This document shows, piece after piece, positions 39,175 to 50,303 of a stretch of 58,810 bases of DNA. The DNA comes from Candidatus Micrarchaeota archaeon (GTDB lineage Archaea > Micrarchaeota > Micrarchaeia > Anstonellales > Bilamarchaeaceae). Positions within the stretch are counted from its first letter, which is position 1. Each line of letters opens with the position of its first letter. Under the pieces are notes generated by a model that had not been told where the DNA came from, did no database searches, and saw only the letters and a program-made list of their open reading frames with translations. The stretch is from positions 1 through 58,810 of the forward strand of contig JBDRPL010000025.1 in NCBI GenBank assembly GCA_043827025.1. Direction: 5' to 3'. The position numbers and the translations under genes were made by a program.

Positions 39175-39984
39175 TCATTCGTAAAAAGCATAAGCGCCAT
39201 AGCCAACTACATTTGTCTTTGACCCTGCGGTGTCTCCGGAGTTTCTGTAATCGAGAAGTTTGCACTTCCAGTTCATTTTCTTAGCGATATGCATGATTAT
39301 CAATACACAGGAGTTTCCGCAGGCATCAATTGGCCACAGGGTGTTTAGGGATTGTATGGCGCTGCTGGATTCTGAATCTGTTTTGACTGCCTTATCATAA
39401 GATAGGTAATGACTTAGGTCAGAGCTTACTATCCAAAATGCATCCTTATCCGCACTCTCAAAAAGAGCATCTGCAACTTTTTTTGGGTCTAACTCGCCTG
39501 TCAGAATAGGAGTTATGGCAAATTCTTTTTTACAAACCCTTTGCAGGAAAGGCACTTCCACTTCAAGGCAATGCTCTGGGGCATGTGCATTGACCAGGTC
39601 ATTGAACATTGGCAAAACAGTGTCATCTTCACATTCGTATCTCGATGTCTTCACCAAACCCAATGGCGTTTGCCAGGCTGTTGCTTTTGATTGCACAAAT
39701 CCCTCGAATGCAGCATGGTGTGAAGGTCCTATAAGAATGAAATTGTTTTTATCTGTGTTTTCAAGGAGCTTGAATCCATATCCTGCAGTTGGGCCTGAAT
39801 AAACATATCCTGCATGTGGAACAATAATTGCTTTCAATTCACCATCTATCTTTGGGGATTTTGCATCCCTGAGGAATCCATCTACCATTTCTTTCAGTTC
39901 CTCTGGGTCAGAAGGGTAGAAACTCCCGGCAACAGCAGGTTTCCTTATCAATTCCTTGTTTAAGTCGAACATTTTACCAAACAC
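39175..39984 (-). CDS. amrB: AmmeMemoRadiSam system protein B (MEMO1 family)
   Basis: RKPAVAGSFYP, PHAGYVYSG, GPSH, EH..EV, SSDLSHY, ACG, NSGD. Confidence 0.95.
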   Translation of the reverse strand: MFGKMFDLNKELIRKPAVAGSFYPSDPEELKEMVDGFLRDAKSPKIDGELKAIIVPHAGYVYSGPTAGYGFKLLENTDKNNFILIGPSHHAAFEGFVQSKATAWQTPLGLVKTSRYECEDDTVLPMFNDLVNAHAPEHCLEVEVPFLQRVCKKEFAITPILTGELDPKKVADALFESADKDAFWIVSSDLSHYLSYDKAVKTDSESSSAIQSLNTLWPIDACGNSCVLIIMHIAKKMNWKCKLLDYRNSGDTAGSKTNVVGYGAYAFYE

Positions 39985-41032
39985 CTTTTATTTTTGTGTT
40001 GCAGAATCTGCATTTTCCATTTAGAATGTTGTTTTCAATGGTTTCCATCCTGATACGGTCAATTATTTTTCTTTTGCAATTCGGACAGTTTGTACATTCA
40101 TAATTTGCATAAGCAGGAGGCAGATTCCCCACATAAACATATTTTAATCCTGCATTTAGCCCTATTTCCCTTGCTCTAATCAAGGTTTCCGGAGGAGTTG
40201 AAGGCTTGTCCAGCATTTTATATGCGGGGTAGAATGCAGTTACATGCCATGGCATCTCTTTGTCAATCGAAGCCAGCCATCCGGCCATTTTTTTCAGTTC
40301 TTCATCCGAATCATTTTCCCCAGGTATCAGCAGCGTGATTATCTCAACCCACATGCCTAGTTTCCTTGCATATAATATCGATTCTTTTACAGGTTCAAGA
40401 GTTGCTCCGCATATTTCCTTGTAAAACTCTTGAGTGAATGCCTTCAGGTCGATGCGTGCAACATCTATGTAACTTTTGATATGTCCCCAGCATTCTTTTG
40501 ATTCATAGCCGTTTGTTACATAAATGCCCTTCAGGCCTTTCTTCTTCGCAAGTTTCATTATGTCAACGGCATACTCGGTGAATATTGTAGGCTCGTTATA
40601 GGTGAATGCGATGGATTTGCATTTGTTCTTGATTGCCTCTTCAACAAGCTTTTCAGGCTTCATCTCAGGGCATTTTGCAACAAGCTGGTCAAAGTATTTC
40701 CTCCAGTTTATCGGATCTTTCTTTCGCAGGTCCCACGGCGCCTGAGAGATATCGAAATTCTGGCAATGTGAACATGAGAAGTTGCATCCGAATGTTCCAA
40801 GTGAATAGCTTTTTGAGCCTGGCAGGAAATGGAACACTGGTTTTTTTTCAACAGGGTCAACGTAGACTGCGCAAGGCCTTGCGTACACAGTGAGTTTTAG
40901 CTTGCCTTTTTCATTGACCCGCACACCGCAGAACCCAGATTGGCCTTCGGGTATTTGGCAATATCTGCAACAGGCAAGGCATCTGATTTTTTCGGAATCG
41001 ATCTTTTCAAAGAGAGCCTTTGTTTTTGGCAT
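39974..41032 (-). CDS. amrS: AmmeMemoRadiSam system radical SAM enzyme
   Basis: DPVEKKP, GCNFSCSHCQN (CxxxCxxC), FTYNEP, VYVGN. Confidence 0.95.
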   Translation of the reverse strand: MPKTKALFEKIDSEKIRCLACCRYCQIPEGQSGFCGVRVNEKGKLKLTVYARPCAVYVDPVEKKPVFHFLPGSKSYSLGTFGCNFSCSHCQNFDISQAPWDLRKKDPINWRKYFDQLVAKCPEMKPEKLVEEAIKNKCKSIAFTYNEPTIFTEYAVDIMKLAKKKGLKGIYVTNGYESKECWGHIKSYIDVARIDLKAFTQEFYKEICGATLEPVKESILYARKLGMWVEIITLLIPGENDSDEELKKMAGWLASIDKEMPWHVTAFYPAYKMLDKPSTPPETLIRAREIGLNAGLKYVYVGNLPPAYANYECTNCPNCKRKIIDRIRMETIENNILNGKCRFCNTKIKGVW

Positions 41033-41061
41033 GGTATGATATAGAAAATAAAGTTATTAAT

Positions 41062-42027
41062 TCAGTCTGTTTGAAGCGGTCCTTGGCCCATATCTGTAAC
41101 AACCAGTGTTTCGCCTTCCATGGTTATTGCCATTTGCTTAGCGCTCATTGCCCGACTTTCACCGCAATCTAGCAGTTGTGCAATTTCTGCTCTTCCAAGC
41201 AGAAGGCATGCACCTTCGCGGAATTGATTGAGCTCATAGCTCCATGTAGTTGGTTCGTCGCCAACCATGTTGCCTGTCAGTAATATATTTTCTCCTTGTC
41301 TGCTTATTGTTACAATCCCTACTATTCCAAAATTGCCTAAACTGAATGTGATCTGCTCTTCGTTTTCTATAGCATATAAACCCATCTTCTGTATTTTAGC
41401 ATTTGGATCAGCAGAAATAATCTTTTGCCTAATCGTATCCAAATCCATAGTTGGCCTTTGAGTCTGATTGGGATCAGTTCTCTCATCATCAGGCGCTTCT
41501 TCAAATTCTTCATCATCTTCGATTAATCTTAAACCCATCCCTTCATCCTGGACTTCTCTATAAAGTGTCAATAATTTAGTAAACACAGTAGTTAACAGCA
41601 TTTTTGCAGAATTTACGAGTTGCAGGTCTTGTGTTCTTTTAAATGCAGGTATCGCTGGATTTTCATCAGGTTCCTGAATTGCTTCAGTTACCAATACAAA
41701 GAGTTTCTTTGGGTTTTTTGGACCCGAAGTTTCTCTCCATATAGCGTGTGCCAAAAGCCTTAATTCACAATACTCTTTTTCAGTACACCTTGCCTTTGCT
41801 TCATTTCTCTTAAGCAATGCTGTCAAATCCACCATGATTTCTTTTTTGGAGCACGTTAGTTGTATACTTAAGAGTGTTCTGGATATGTGTTCTAGTCTTT
41901 CAGTTACTGAGGCGCTGGCTATGTCGAGTCCTAGTTGTTGTGCCCTAAATGTCCTTTGTGCCCCATGTGAAGAACTCAATTGTGATTTCCCGGGTAATGC
42001 ATTTACGTATCTAGTGCCGTCACTCAT
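41062..42027 (-). CDS. Hypothetical protein
   Basis: 321-aa ORF with an acidic linker; no motif recognised. Confidence 0.6.
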   Translation of the reverse strand: MSDGTRYVNALPGKSQLSSSHGAQRTFRAQQLGLDIASASVTERLEHISRTLLSIQLTCSKKEIMVDLTALLKRNEAKARCTEKEYCELRLLAHAIWRETSGPKNPKKLFVLVTEAIQEPDENPAIPAFKRTQDLQLVNSAKMLLTTVFTKLLTLYREVQDEGMGLRLIEDDEEFEEAPDDERTDPNQTQRPTMDLDTIRQKIISADPNAKIQKMGLYAIENEEQITFSLGNFGIVGIVTISRQGENILLTGNMVGDEPTTWSYELNQFREGACLLLGRAEIAQLLDCGESRAMSAKQMAITMEGETLVVTDMGQGPLQTD

Positions 42028-42087
42028 ACAATCCCTTTACCAGCCAATATTTTTAAGTGTATCTTTTTGTGTAAACCTGTGAATACT

Positions 42088-42972
42088 TCATTCTCTAAAA
42101 TTCCACGTTATTTCCCAGGACGGGTTCCTTTCTTTCGGAATCTTGACCTCACCCGGGTCATATTCAATTGTGCTTTCATTTGCGCCAAACGGGTCCTCTA
42201 TGTAATCAAGCTTCCTTCCAAAATTATATTCCAGAATTTGTCCAATAGTTGAATCCATGGGCATATCCAGATAATACCTTAGCGTAATCATTCTGTCATA
42301 ATTTCGGTCATTGCACGAATCATTTAACCTAGACAGGGCTTCAATTGTAAATAAAACCTGGAATGAATCGTTGGTGTATTTCACGCTGCTTGCTGAAATT
42401 CCTTTATCTCCTTCGCTTTCAAGTGTCCTGTCGATGCTGCACCATTTTTCCAACTGCCTGTTGGGCCGGTATAAATATGAATATGTCTTGCTTATCTTCC
42501 AACTGACCTTTGAATCATTCATTATGTAATTCATGTTATTTTTTGTCATCAATTTCCCGCTTATATTCAGGTATTCATGAGTTATCCATCTGTGCTCGCC
42601 ATTTTCAATATCCTTGCCATCCCGTACAATCATATCTCTTCTCAGTATTATTGAACTTTGTTTTTTTGATTGGACATATTCTGGAATCTTTGGTACTTCC
42701 ACAAGGTCGTTTTTCTCAGTTTCTTTGATTATTTCATTTATCATACCCCTAGTATCATCTTCACTAATATTTTGTGTTGATTCATTTTCCATGGCCAGTA
42801 CTGTTTCGTTTCCAATGAAAACAGTTAGATTCTCCAGCGTCTGATTCAAAGTTTCATTGCTAATTGATTCATTGCTATCCTTTCCACTGTCCAGTATTAT
42901 GACTCGCCTGGTATTGCCAAGGCATCCGAAAATAAGGATCAGCACCAGAATTACAAATATCAATTTTTTCAT
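42088..42972 (-). CDS. Exported (lipoprotein-like) protein
   Basis: MKKLIFVILVLILIFGC signal; many N-x-S/T sequons. Confidence 0.7.
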   Translation of the reverse strand: MKKLIFVILVLILIFGCLGNTRRVIILDSGKDSNESISNETLNQTLENLTVFIGNETVLAMENESTQNISEDDTRGMINEIIKETEKNDLVEVPKIPEYVQSKKQSSIILRRDMIVRDGKDIENGEHRWITHEYLNISGKLMTKNNMNYIMNDSKVSWKISKTYSYLYRPNRQLEKWCSIDRTLESEGDKGISASSVKYTNDSFQVLFTIEALSRLNDSCNDRNYDRMITLRYYLDMPMDSTIGQILEYNFGRKLDYIEDPFGANESTIEYDPGEVKIPKERNPSWEITWNFRE

Positions 42973-43132
42973 TGTTTAATTATTTATTGCCACAACTTTT
43001 TATATATTTTGAATAGATTATTTTTTGCACCTAAACTTTTATGATTGAGCGATTTTAAGTTTGGGGTTTTTACGTGGGGTGCAAAGTTGCGCAAACAAAA
43101 AAGTTTTAAATAGGTAAACTGCAAGTAGTGTC

Positions 43133-43384
43133 ATGGAACCTCCAATATGTGAAGTCTGTGGAAGAAGAATACATGATTTTCCAAACCTGACGTATTACTT
43201 TGTTCGTTTCAAGGAAACCACGGAAGACAAACAAGAGCGTAAAAAAAAGGAGAAGGGCATTCTCCCCAGTTGGCAGCCTTCGAACGAACTCTGCCTTTGC
43301 AAGGACCATGTCACCGAAGCACTTAAATTGAAAAACAAGACTGCGAAGGAAGCCCTGGTTTTGCTCAGAAAAAATATAAAGTAG
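43133..43384 (+). CDS. Small putative zinc-binding protein
   Basis: CEVC ... CKDH. Confidence 0.6.
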   Translation: MEPPICEVCGRRIHDFPNLTYYFVRFKETTEDKQERKKKEKGILPSWQPSNELCLCKDHVTEALKLKNKTAKEALVLLRKNIK

Positions 43385-43419
43385 GCACAAGCCATTTTCT
43401 CAAAATTACTCTGATGGCC

Positions 43420-44517
43420 TTAAAATCCAAAGAACCCGCCTTCCTTTTTTCCTTGTTTTTCAAATTCTTTGAGCAAATCTTTCTGTTTTTGATTTATCTT
43501 CTTTGGTATTTGGATAACAACCTTGACCATCTGGTCCCCTTTTCGATGAGAATTTATATCTGGCAATCCCTCTCCAGCCAATCTGAATATCGTATGGCTT
43601 TGGGTGCCTCCAGGAATCTTCACATTTGCCCTTCCAAAAAGTGTCGGAACAGCAATTTCCTCACCAATTATTGCCTGGGTTATTGATATTGGCATTTCGA
43701 TCCAAAGGTCATTGCCTTCAACTTCGAATTGCTTGTGCTTCTGCACATAAACTGTGACATACAGGTCGCCTGTGCCATCCCGGCCCCATTCGCCCATTCC
43801 ACTTAACCTTAAAGTCATTCCATCATGGATTCCAGCAGGTACGCTGACATTTATCTTTTCCTTTTTTCTGTTCTTGCCCTCACCATCGCATTCAGTGCAT
43901 GGCTTGTCAATTGTTTGTCCTTCGCCCCTGCACTTTGGGCAAGTCACTACGCTTACGAATCTCATCCCACCCATTGCCCGAGTCTGCTGGACCTGACCTC
44001 TGCCTCCGCAGCTGGCACATTTCTTCACAGAACCTTTTGAATCCGCTCCACTTCCATTGCATTTTTCGCATGGCGCATTCCTGTTGAGCCTGAGTTCTTT
44101 TTTGATTCCTCTTGCAGCTTCTTCAAGTGTTATTTGTATTTCAGTTTCAAGGTCAGAACCATAATCTCCGCGTCTACGGCTTCCCTGTCCGCCGAACATA
44201 TTTCCAAACATGTTTCCGAAAATACTGTCACCGAATCCGAAATCCCTGAATATATCTTGAAAGTTCGCGCCCCTAAAAATATCTTCCTGCGAATACATCT
44301 GGTCGAATCCTGCATGGCCGTATTGGTCGTAAGTTGATTTCTTTTTAGGGTCGGACAATGCTGCATAGGCTTCTGACAATTCCTTGAATTTTTCAGCATC
44401 TCCTCCTTTGTCAGGGTGATGTTTCATTGCAAGGGTTCTGTATGCCTTTTTTATGTCTTCAACGCTGGCAGTCTTTGGAATCCCGAGTATTTCATAGTAA
44501 TCGCGTTTGGTTGCCAT
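43420..44517 (-). CDS. dnaJ: Chaperone DnaJ
   Basis: J domain HPD, G/F region, four CxxCxGxG repeats. Confidence 0.97.
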   Translation of the reverse strand: MATKRDYYEILGIPKTASVEDIKKAYRTLAMKHHPDKGGDAEKFKELSEAYAALSDPKKKSTYDQYGHAGFDQMYSQEDIFRGANFQDIFRDFGFGDSIFGNMFGNMFGGQGSRRRGDYGSDLETEIQITLEEAARGIKKELRLNRNAPCEKCNGSGADSKGSVKKCASCGGRGQVQQTRAMGGMRFVSVVTCPKCRGEGQTIDKPCTECDGEGKNRKKEKINVSVPAGIHDGMTLRLSGMGEWGRDGTGDLYVTVYVQKHKQFEVEGNDLWIEMPISITQAIIGEEIAVPTLFGRANVKIPGGTQSHTIFRLAGEGLPDINSHRKGDQMVKVVIQIPKKINQKQKDLLKEFEKQGKKEGGFFGF

Positions 44518-44530
44518 TCTATCATCATCC

Positions 44531-44842
44531 TTACCTATACATGTTATTCTTTCTGTCTCTCATTATATTGTTCCATATGCTGAATATTTCGTCCTCCCAT
44601 ATCCAGACGGCATTCTTGTTTCGCTTGTGATATTTAGCATGATATTTGATTATCTTCCTTGGTTTCTCCTTCCCTGTGAGTACAGCATATGCTTCATTTA
44701 TTTCCTTGAATTTTTCTTCTGCCTTCACATCCTTATTCTTGTCAGGATGATACAGCAATGCAAGTCTCCTGTACGCCTTCTTTATTTCCTCAGGCGTTGC
44801 ATCCTTCTTGATTTCAAGGACCTTATGGTAATCTTTTTGCAT
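44531..44842 (-). CDS. Small J-domain protein
   Basis: [17 protein letters not shown]...FKEINEAY plus a short tail. Confidence 0.88.
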   Translation of the reverse strand: MQKDYHKVLEIKKDATPEEIKKAYRRLALLYHPDKNKDVKAEEKFKEINEAYAVLTGKEKPRKIIKYHAKYHKRNKNAVWIWEDEIFSIWNNIMRDRKNNMYR

Positions 44843-44854
44843 GGTTTCCTCTTT

Positions 44855-45856
44855 TTATTCGACTAGTGCTTCCAAAGCAACCTTCACTCCGTTTTGGAAT
44901 GATTGTTGATATGTTTCAAGGCTTATAAATTCGCCTTCTGCCCTGTTTGCAATTACTGAGCATACTGTTGCGACTTCATACCCAAGTATCTCACCAGCAA
45001 TCCTGAACAAGGCGCTTGATTCCATCTCGTTTGCAACGGTTCTTATCGTCCTTCCGTCTTCAGTCTGTACATTTATCGTTGCAAGCATTTTCTGAAGATT
45101 CGGAATCAATATGTTGGAAGCCCTTCCTATCTGCCTTCCCTGATTTCCAAAGAACCCGGATGCACTCGTGATTATCCCTGTCTCATATGGTGCGCCTAAT
45201 CGTTGTGCCACATTAATCAATGCACGAACTACGGATGGGGTTGCAGTGCTTACATATGGAATAACGATTGGAATAATTTTCAGGTCCATCTCAGAATCTA
45301 CGCTAGCAAGTATGTCGTCTGCGGTTTTGTTGCCGGGTGTGAACCTAGTTTGTCTCACGCTCGTGTATTTGTCTGCAGGCATGTGTAGATATGTTATGCC
45401 CGTATTGTCCAGCCCTATTGCATGTTCTCCGATTCCAAGCATTCCAAGCACAATATCCTTTTGTGGAGATCCAGATGTCCCGAATCGTATTATTCTCATC
45501 TTTTCAGGAGGTTCTTCCCATTTGTCTTGTTCAGGATCATACTCATGAACTGCGTGAAGCTCCAAAAGAGCGATTTCTATATTATCTGTCCCTATCCCGG
45601 TTCCCATGACTGCAACCTGTTTTCCTTTGTAATTGCCCCATACTGTCAGGTATTCGCGATTTGATCTTTCCCCATCAATCTTCCCGCATTTATCAAAGAA
45701 TTTTGCGATATCTCGTACACGTTGGGGATCCCCGGTCACAAGAGTTCTTGGCGGAACTCCGTCTTTTCTTGAGATGTTTATATGATAAAGTTCGCCTCTC
45801 TTGCCAATTATAAGCTCGGATCCTCGCATCTTTTGTTTCATCGCCATCGTATTCAC
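44855..45856 (-). CDS. Uridine/nucleoside phosphorylase (PNP_UDP_1 family)
   Basis: YHI, GDPQRV, NREY, TGIGTDN, RFGTSG, NEMESS, IANR. Confidence 0.85.
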   Translation of the reverse strand: MNTMAMKQKMRGSELIIGKRGELYHINISRKDGVPPRTLVTGDPQRVRDIAKFFDKCGKIDGERSNREYLTVWGNYKGKQVAVMGTGIGTDNIEIALLELHAVHEYDPEQDKWEEPPEKMRIIRFGTSGSPQKDIVLGMLGIGEHAIGLDNTGITYLHMPADKYTSVRQTRFTPGNKTADDILASVDSEMDLKIIPIVIPYVSTATPSVVRALINVAQRLGAPYETGIITSASGFFGNQGRQIGRASNILIPNLQKMLATINVQTEDGRTIRTVANEMESSALFRIAGEILGYEVATVCSVIANRAEGEFISLETYQQSFQNGVKVALEALVE

Positions 45857-45913
45857 CAGAAAATACTAGCTGTTATGATTGTTTTAAAAATATAAAAGAA
45901 AAAAATTGGAGGA

Positions 45914-47758
45914 CTACTTTTTCTTTTTATCATCCTCAACCTTTGTGTAGTCTGCATCAACTACATTCTCGTCGTTCTTTTCGCTTCCTTCTCCAGCTTG
46001 GCCTTCGCCCTCTCCCTTTTGCTGGCCCTGTTGGTAGATGTGGGTTCCGACTTCCTGAATGATTTTCGTAAGCTCTTCGGTGTCCGCCTTTATCTTTGCA
46101 GTATCATCAGTCTTCAGGCTTTCCTTCAGCTTATCAGCAGCTTCCTGTACTCTCTTTTTCGAATCCTCAGGTATTTTATCCGCCAGGTCTTTCAAAGTCT
46201 TTTCTGCAGTGTATACTAGCGATTCACCTTCGTTCTTTGCCTGGACTCTTTCCAGCTCCTGCCTATCCTCTTCAGAATATTCCTCGGCTTCCTTCATCTT
46301 CCTTTTGATCTCATCATCTTTCATTTTGTTGGGCGCAGTGATTCTCATTGACTGCTCTTTTCCAGTTCCAAGATCCTTTGCTGACACATGCAGTATGCCG
46401 TTTGCATCTATGTCAAAGGTCACTTCTATTTGTGGGACCCCACGAGGTGCCGGAGGGATTCCCACAAGTTGGAATTTACCTAGTGATACATTATCCTTTG
46501 CCATTGGCCTTTCTCCTTGCAATACATGGATGTCAACTGCAGGCTGGCTATCAGCTGCAGTACTAAATACCTGGCTTTTCTTGGATGGGATGGTTGTATT
46601 CCTTTCAATTTGTTTTGTAAAAATTCCTCCAAGCGTTTCGATACCTAGGGACAATGGGGTTACATCAAGCAAAAGCACATCTTTTACTTCTCCTGCCAAA
46701 ACACCTGCCTGGACTGCTGCACCTTTTGCAACACATTCCATTGGGTCAACACCATGCTCCACCTTTTTGCCAACAACATCCTCTACGAACTTCTGGACAA
46801 TAGGCATTCTCGTAGGTCCGCCAACAAGGATTATCTTGTCAACTTGTGCAGCTGTTAATTTAGCATCCTTCATTGCGCGCTCGACTGGCGTTCTGCATCT
46901 TTCAACTATCGGCCTTATCAAATCCTCTAGCTTCGCTCTTGTCAAATTGTATTTGAAGTGGTGCTTCTCGAACAAGTACGGCAAATTTATTTCACTGTTC
47001 AATGTTGTTGACAACTCAATTTTCGCCTTTTCAGCTGCCTCCTTCATTCTCATCATTGACTCGTCATTTTTGTCGATGTTCATGTTCGTCTGCTTTCTGA
47101 ATTCATCTACAAGGAATTCTGTGACGACCTTATCCATGTCTGTTCCACCAAGCTGGGTGTCTCCGCTTGTTGACTTCACTTCAAAGATTCCGCCTCCGAA
47201 ATCCATGATTGTAACATCCAACGTTCCGCCACCAAGGTCAAAGACAAGTATCTTCATGTCCTTTCCTGCCTTATCCAATCCATATGCAAGGCATGCGGCT
47301 GTTGGCTCGTTCACTAATCGAACAACTTCCAATCCTGCAATCTCTCCAGCATCCTTTGTTGCCTGCCTTTGGTTGTCATTGAAGTAAGCTGGAACTGTGA
47401 TCACTGCTTTTGTGACGGGTTCGCCAACAAATGCCTCTGCATCTTTCTTTATCTTCTGCAATAGGAAAGCAGACAACTCTTGTGGAGAATAGTCCTTTCC
47501 GTAAATATTATATTTGAAGGTAGTTCCCATCTTTCTTTTGAAAGCAGAAACTGTTCCTGTCGGATTGGTTACAGATTGTCGTCTTGCTGGTTCACCCAAT
47601 ATCCTCTGCCCATCTTTTGTTATTGCAACATAGCTTGGGAATGCCTTTCCATATTGTGTAATTCCTTCTGCTGAAGGGATTATTACAGGTCTTCCTGCTT
47701 CCAATACTGCTGCTGCTGAATTACTTGTTCCCAAATCGATTCCAATTATCTTTGTCAT
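45914..47758 (-). CDS. dnaK: Chaperone DnaK (Hsp70)
   Basis: [30 protein letters not shown]. Confidence 0.98.
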   Translation of the reverse strand: MTKIIGIDLGTSNSAAAVLEAGRPVIIPSAEGITQYGKAFPSYVAITKDGQRILGEPARRQSVTNPTGTVSAFKRKMGTTFKYNIYGKDYSPQELSAFLLQKIKKDAEAFVGEPVTKAVITVPAYFNDNQRQATKDAGEIAGLEVVRLVNEPTAACLAYGLDKAGKDMKILVFDLGGGTLDVTIMDFGGGIFEVKSTSGDTQLGGTDMDKVVTEFLVDEFRKQTNMNIDKNDESMMRMKEAAEKAKIELSTTLNSEINLPYLFEKHHFKYNLTRAKLEDLIRPIVERCRTPVERAMKDAKLTAAQVDKIILVGGPTRMPIVQKFVEDVVGKKVEHGVDPMECVAKGAAVQAGVLAGEVKDVLLLDVTPLSLGIETLGGIFTKQIERNTTIPSKKSQVFSTAADSQPAVDIHVLQGERPMAKDNVSLGKFQLVGIPPAPRGVPQIEVTFDIDANGILHVSAKDLGTGKEQSMRITAPNKMKDDEIKRKMKEAEEYSEEDRQELERVQAKNEGESLVYTAEKTLKDLADKIPEDSKKRVQEAADKLKESLKTDDTAKIKADTEELTKIIQEVGTHIYQQGQQKGEGEGQAGEGSEKNDENVVDADYTKVEDDKKKK

Positions 47759-47867
47759 AAAAATTTCACCTCAAATTTTTATCATTGAAATTTTTTTTAA
47801 AATTTCAATGTCGTTTTTCATCACCATTTTTTTTCATTTTCTTTATTTTTTTCATTTCTCTTCCATT

Positions 47868-47993
47868 TTAGGATGCGATCCCAATTATCATGGTCTTGTC
47901 AAACACTTCTTTCATCTTGAGCACTTTCTGTATTTCTTCCTTGGTTATTTCTTTTTCCTTTTCCATGATATGATTCTTTATTTCGTCAACCAT
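47868..47993 (-). CDS. Putative 41-aa protein between grpE and dnaK
   Basis: MVDEIKNHIMEKEKEITKEEIQKVLKMKEVFDKTMIIGIAS with an AAGGTGA SD motif. Confidence 0.45.
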   Translation of the reverse strand: MVDEIKNHIMEKEKEITKEEIQKVLKMKEVFDKTMIIGIAS

Positions 47994-48011
47994 GCGTTTC
48001 ACCTTCTTTGC

Positions 48012-48521
48012 TTACTTTTTTTTGCTTACTATTACAAGAGCATGCCTTAGCACAACTCCATTCAATGTATATCCTTTCTTTATTGTTTCAATTATTTTTC
48101 CTTCATCATCCCCTTCCACTTGTTTTATTGCCTCATGCTTGTATGGGTCGAATTTCTTGTCATTCATCTCGACCAGTCCGTTGGCCTTGAGGATTGCCAC
48201 AAGATTTGCATAAACCATTTCCACTCCCTTGTCCTTGACATGCTGCATTGTTATCTCCAGCTCGTCCAGGACATTCAGCAGTTGCTTGATGATTTCCGCA
48301 TTCGCGATCCTTGCAAACTCGAACTTCTCTTTTTCGCTTCTTTTCTTGTAATTGTCAAACTCTGCCATCACCCTCTTGAGGTCATTCGTTAGTTCGTCAA
48401 CTTTTTTGTTTGAGAGCAATTTCTGTTCCTTATGCTCTATGAGCTCTTCCTTTTGCTTTTCCAATAGCTCCTTCTTTTCATTTGCGATTTCCGTTGGTTT
48501 TTCCTTTTTAGGTAATTCCAT
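48012..48521 (-). CDS. grpE: Nucleotide exchange factor GrpE
   Basis: AEFDNYKKR, FDPYKHEA, KGYTL...VLRHALV. Confidence 0.95.
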   Translation of the reverse strand: MELPKKEKPTEIANEKKELLEKQKEELIEHKEQKLLSNKKVDELTNDLKRVMAEFDNYKKRSEKEKFEFARIANAEIIKQLLNVLDELEITMQHVKDKGVEMVYANLVAILKANGLVEMNDKKFDPYKHEAIKQVEGDDEGKIIETIKKGYTLNGVVLRHALVIVSKKK

Positions 48522-48623
48522 TTTAACACCGATTTCAGCTATTTTAACAATTTCTTAAATATTTTAACAAATTATTAAATTATTAGAAGTATTTTTAAAT
48601 ATATCGTTGCTTGTTTAATTTAT

Positions 48624-49022
48624 ATGGCTGAAGGAACTCAGAGAATCGTCTTTATTTTCCTGAATCGTCCTCAGGAGCATAGTACTCTTGACGAGGACAT
48701 TGCCTGGATTTGCAAAGCATTGGGTTTTGCAGATGATGAGAAAGACTTGGCAACATTTATTTTTAAAAGCATCATAGCAGCTTCGAAGAATGGCGAAGGA
48801 ATAACTAGCAAAGATATTGCAGATCAGACAAAAGTGACTCAGGCTGCGATAATCTATCATCTTAATCTCTTTATACGAAATGGCCTCGTAGTCAAGTTAG
48901 GGCGGTTGTACAGACTCAGGGCACCAACGCTTGACGAATCATTCGAAGAGCTTCAATTCGACTTGGCGAACAGGATAAATAAAATGAGGGCTGTTGCTCA
49001 GAGGATAGATGGACAAATCTAG
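48624..49022 (+). CDS. Winged helix-turn-helix transcriptional regulator
   Basis: GITSKDIA...TQAAIIYHLN.FI..GLV; divergent from grpE-dnaK. Confidence 0.8.
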   Translation: MAEGTQRIVFIFLNRPQEHSTLDEDIAWICKALGFADDEKDLATFIFKSIIAASKNGEGITSKDIADQTKVTQAAIIYHLNLFIRNGLVVKLGRLYRLRAPTLDESFEELQFDLANRINKMRAVAQRIDGQI

Positions 49023-49270
49023 AATTCCAGCTTCCCCTCAACAACCTTTCCTTTTATGCTGAAGTTTATTCCGAATGATTCGTATCCTTTCATTACAGTT
49101 GCTTGGCAGCTTTCAGGATCAATCACAATCTTTCCTTCTGCTGATTCTATTGTGACCTTGGATGCATGGATGTTCTTGAATACAATCCCCATGTCCTTTG
49201 CTATCTGGTTCAGGTCCTTTAAATTTTCGCCAAGATTCGTTGTCTGTGTAGTCTCTTTTTTCTTTGTCAT
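49019..49270 (-). CDS. Small NAC-domain-like protein (no UBA domain)
   Basis: MGI.FKNIHASKVTIESAEGKIVIDP...VMKG.E resembles the archaeal NAC beta-barrel. Confidence 0.45.
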   Translation of the reverse strand: MTKKKETTQTTNLGENLKDLNQIAKDMGIVFKNIHASKVTIESAEGKIVIDPESCQATVMKGYESFGINFSIKGKVVEGKLEF

Positions 49271-49341
49271 AGGTTTCACCTTGTCCTTGTTGTTTCTTTT
49301 TCGAACTAAAAAGATATAATCCTTTGTTGACTAATTTATTC

Positions 49342-49887
49342 ATGGCCAAATACTTTTACCTTGATATAGAAACATATAGCACAGGTGTAAGGCCGGATCC
49401 TGTTTCTGACAAGATAATAACGATTCAATTCCAGCAGATCGAAGAGCATACTGGCAAGCCGCTTGGAGAGCTTCGCATATTCAAGGAATGGGATTCTAAC
49501 GAGGAAGCGATACTTCGGAAGTTCGTCTGTCTGTTCAGGCCCTGGGATTTTGTTCCGATTGGCAATAACCTTAATTTTGAAAGGATGTTTTTGAAGGCAA
49601 AATGCAAGCAACATAAGATTCCTGATTTGGAGCAGTATGGTGATTTGGCATATTCCTTTCCTTCCATAGATATTCAGCCTCTTTTTGTTATATTGAACAA
49701 AGGCCAGTTCAAGGGCTGTGGAATGCATAATTTCACAAACAAGAAGACAGATGGCTCGCATATTGCCAAATGGTACACGGATAGAGATTTTGACAAGATA
49801 GAGGAATACATAAAAGATGAAACAGCAGCATTCCTTGAATTCTATCAGAAATGCCATGCCGAGTTGCCGAAGATATTGATGAAATAA
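49342..49887 (+). CDS. RNase H-like (DnaQ/YprB-type) 3'-5' exonuclease domain protein
   Basis: LDIET (ExoI), GNNLNFE (ExoII), YIKDE (ExoIII). Confidence 0.8.
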   Translation: MAKYFYLDIETYSTGVRPDPVSDKIITIQFQQIEEHTGKPLGELRIFKEWDSNEEAILRKFVCLFRPWDFVPIGNNLNFERMFLKAKCKQHKIPDLEQYGDLAYSFPSIDIQPLFVILNKGQFKGCGMHNFTNKKTDGSHIAKWYTDRDFDKIEEYIKDETAAFLEFYQKCHAELPKILMK

Positions 49888-49890
49888 TGT

Positions 49891-50244
49891 TTATTTTACA
49901 ATTTGCATCATTGAAGTTTCAATCATTACTTTTAATTCTATTCCAACTAGGGAAAATCCAAGATATACAAATTCTTTTAGGATGAGGTAAGCTGTAATAA
50001 GAAGTGCGAATGTAATTACTGTCTTTGCCCATTTTGGCCAATTTTTAAAATTTGGAATGTGCAGATGGAGCTTCTGTTCTATGTATCTTTTTATTTTGCC
50101 TCTGAAAACCCAGAATCCCGCATATACAAGCAATATCAAAACTATGAACTCAGGATGCATTCCTGCTGTGAATAGGAAGTAGGCCAACACCAGTATTATG
50201 GCTGCTCTAAGCAATGTCCTTGGGTTTTTAGGATCTGGTTTCAC
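49891..50244 (-). CDS. Hypothetical membrane protein
   Basis: Three hydrophobic segments. Confidence 0.55.
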   Translation of the reverse strand: MKPDPKNPRTLLRAAIILVLAYFLFTAGMHPEFIVLILLVYAGFWVFRGKIKRYIEQKLHLHIPNFKNWPKWAKTVITFALLITAYLILKEFVYLGFSLVGIELKVMIETSMMQIVK

Positions 50245-50303
50245 TATTTAATGTTAATTAGCAAGGAATAAAAATCAATTTGTCTCCTGTCGTCAAATCT
50301 CGA

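Noticed and set aside
46059..47387. 442-aa ORF antisense to dnaK
   Set aside because: Long antisense frames opposite hsp70 genes are a well-known codon-pattern artefact; no independent motifs.
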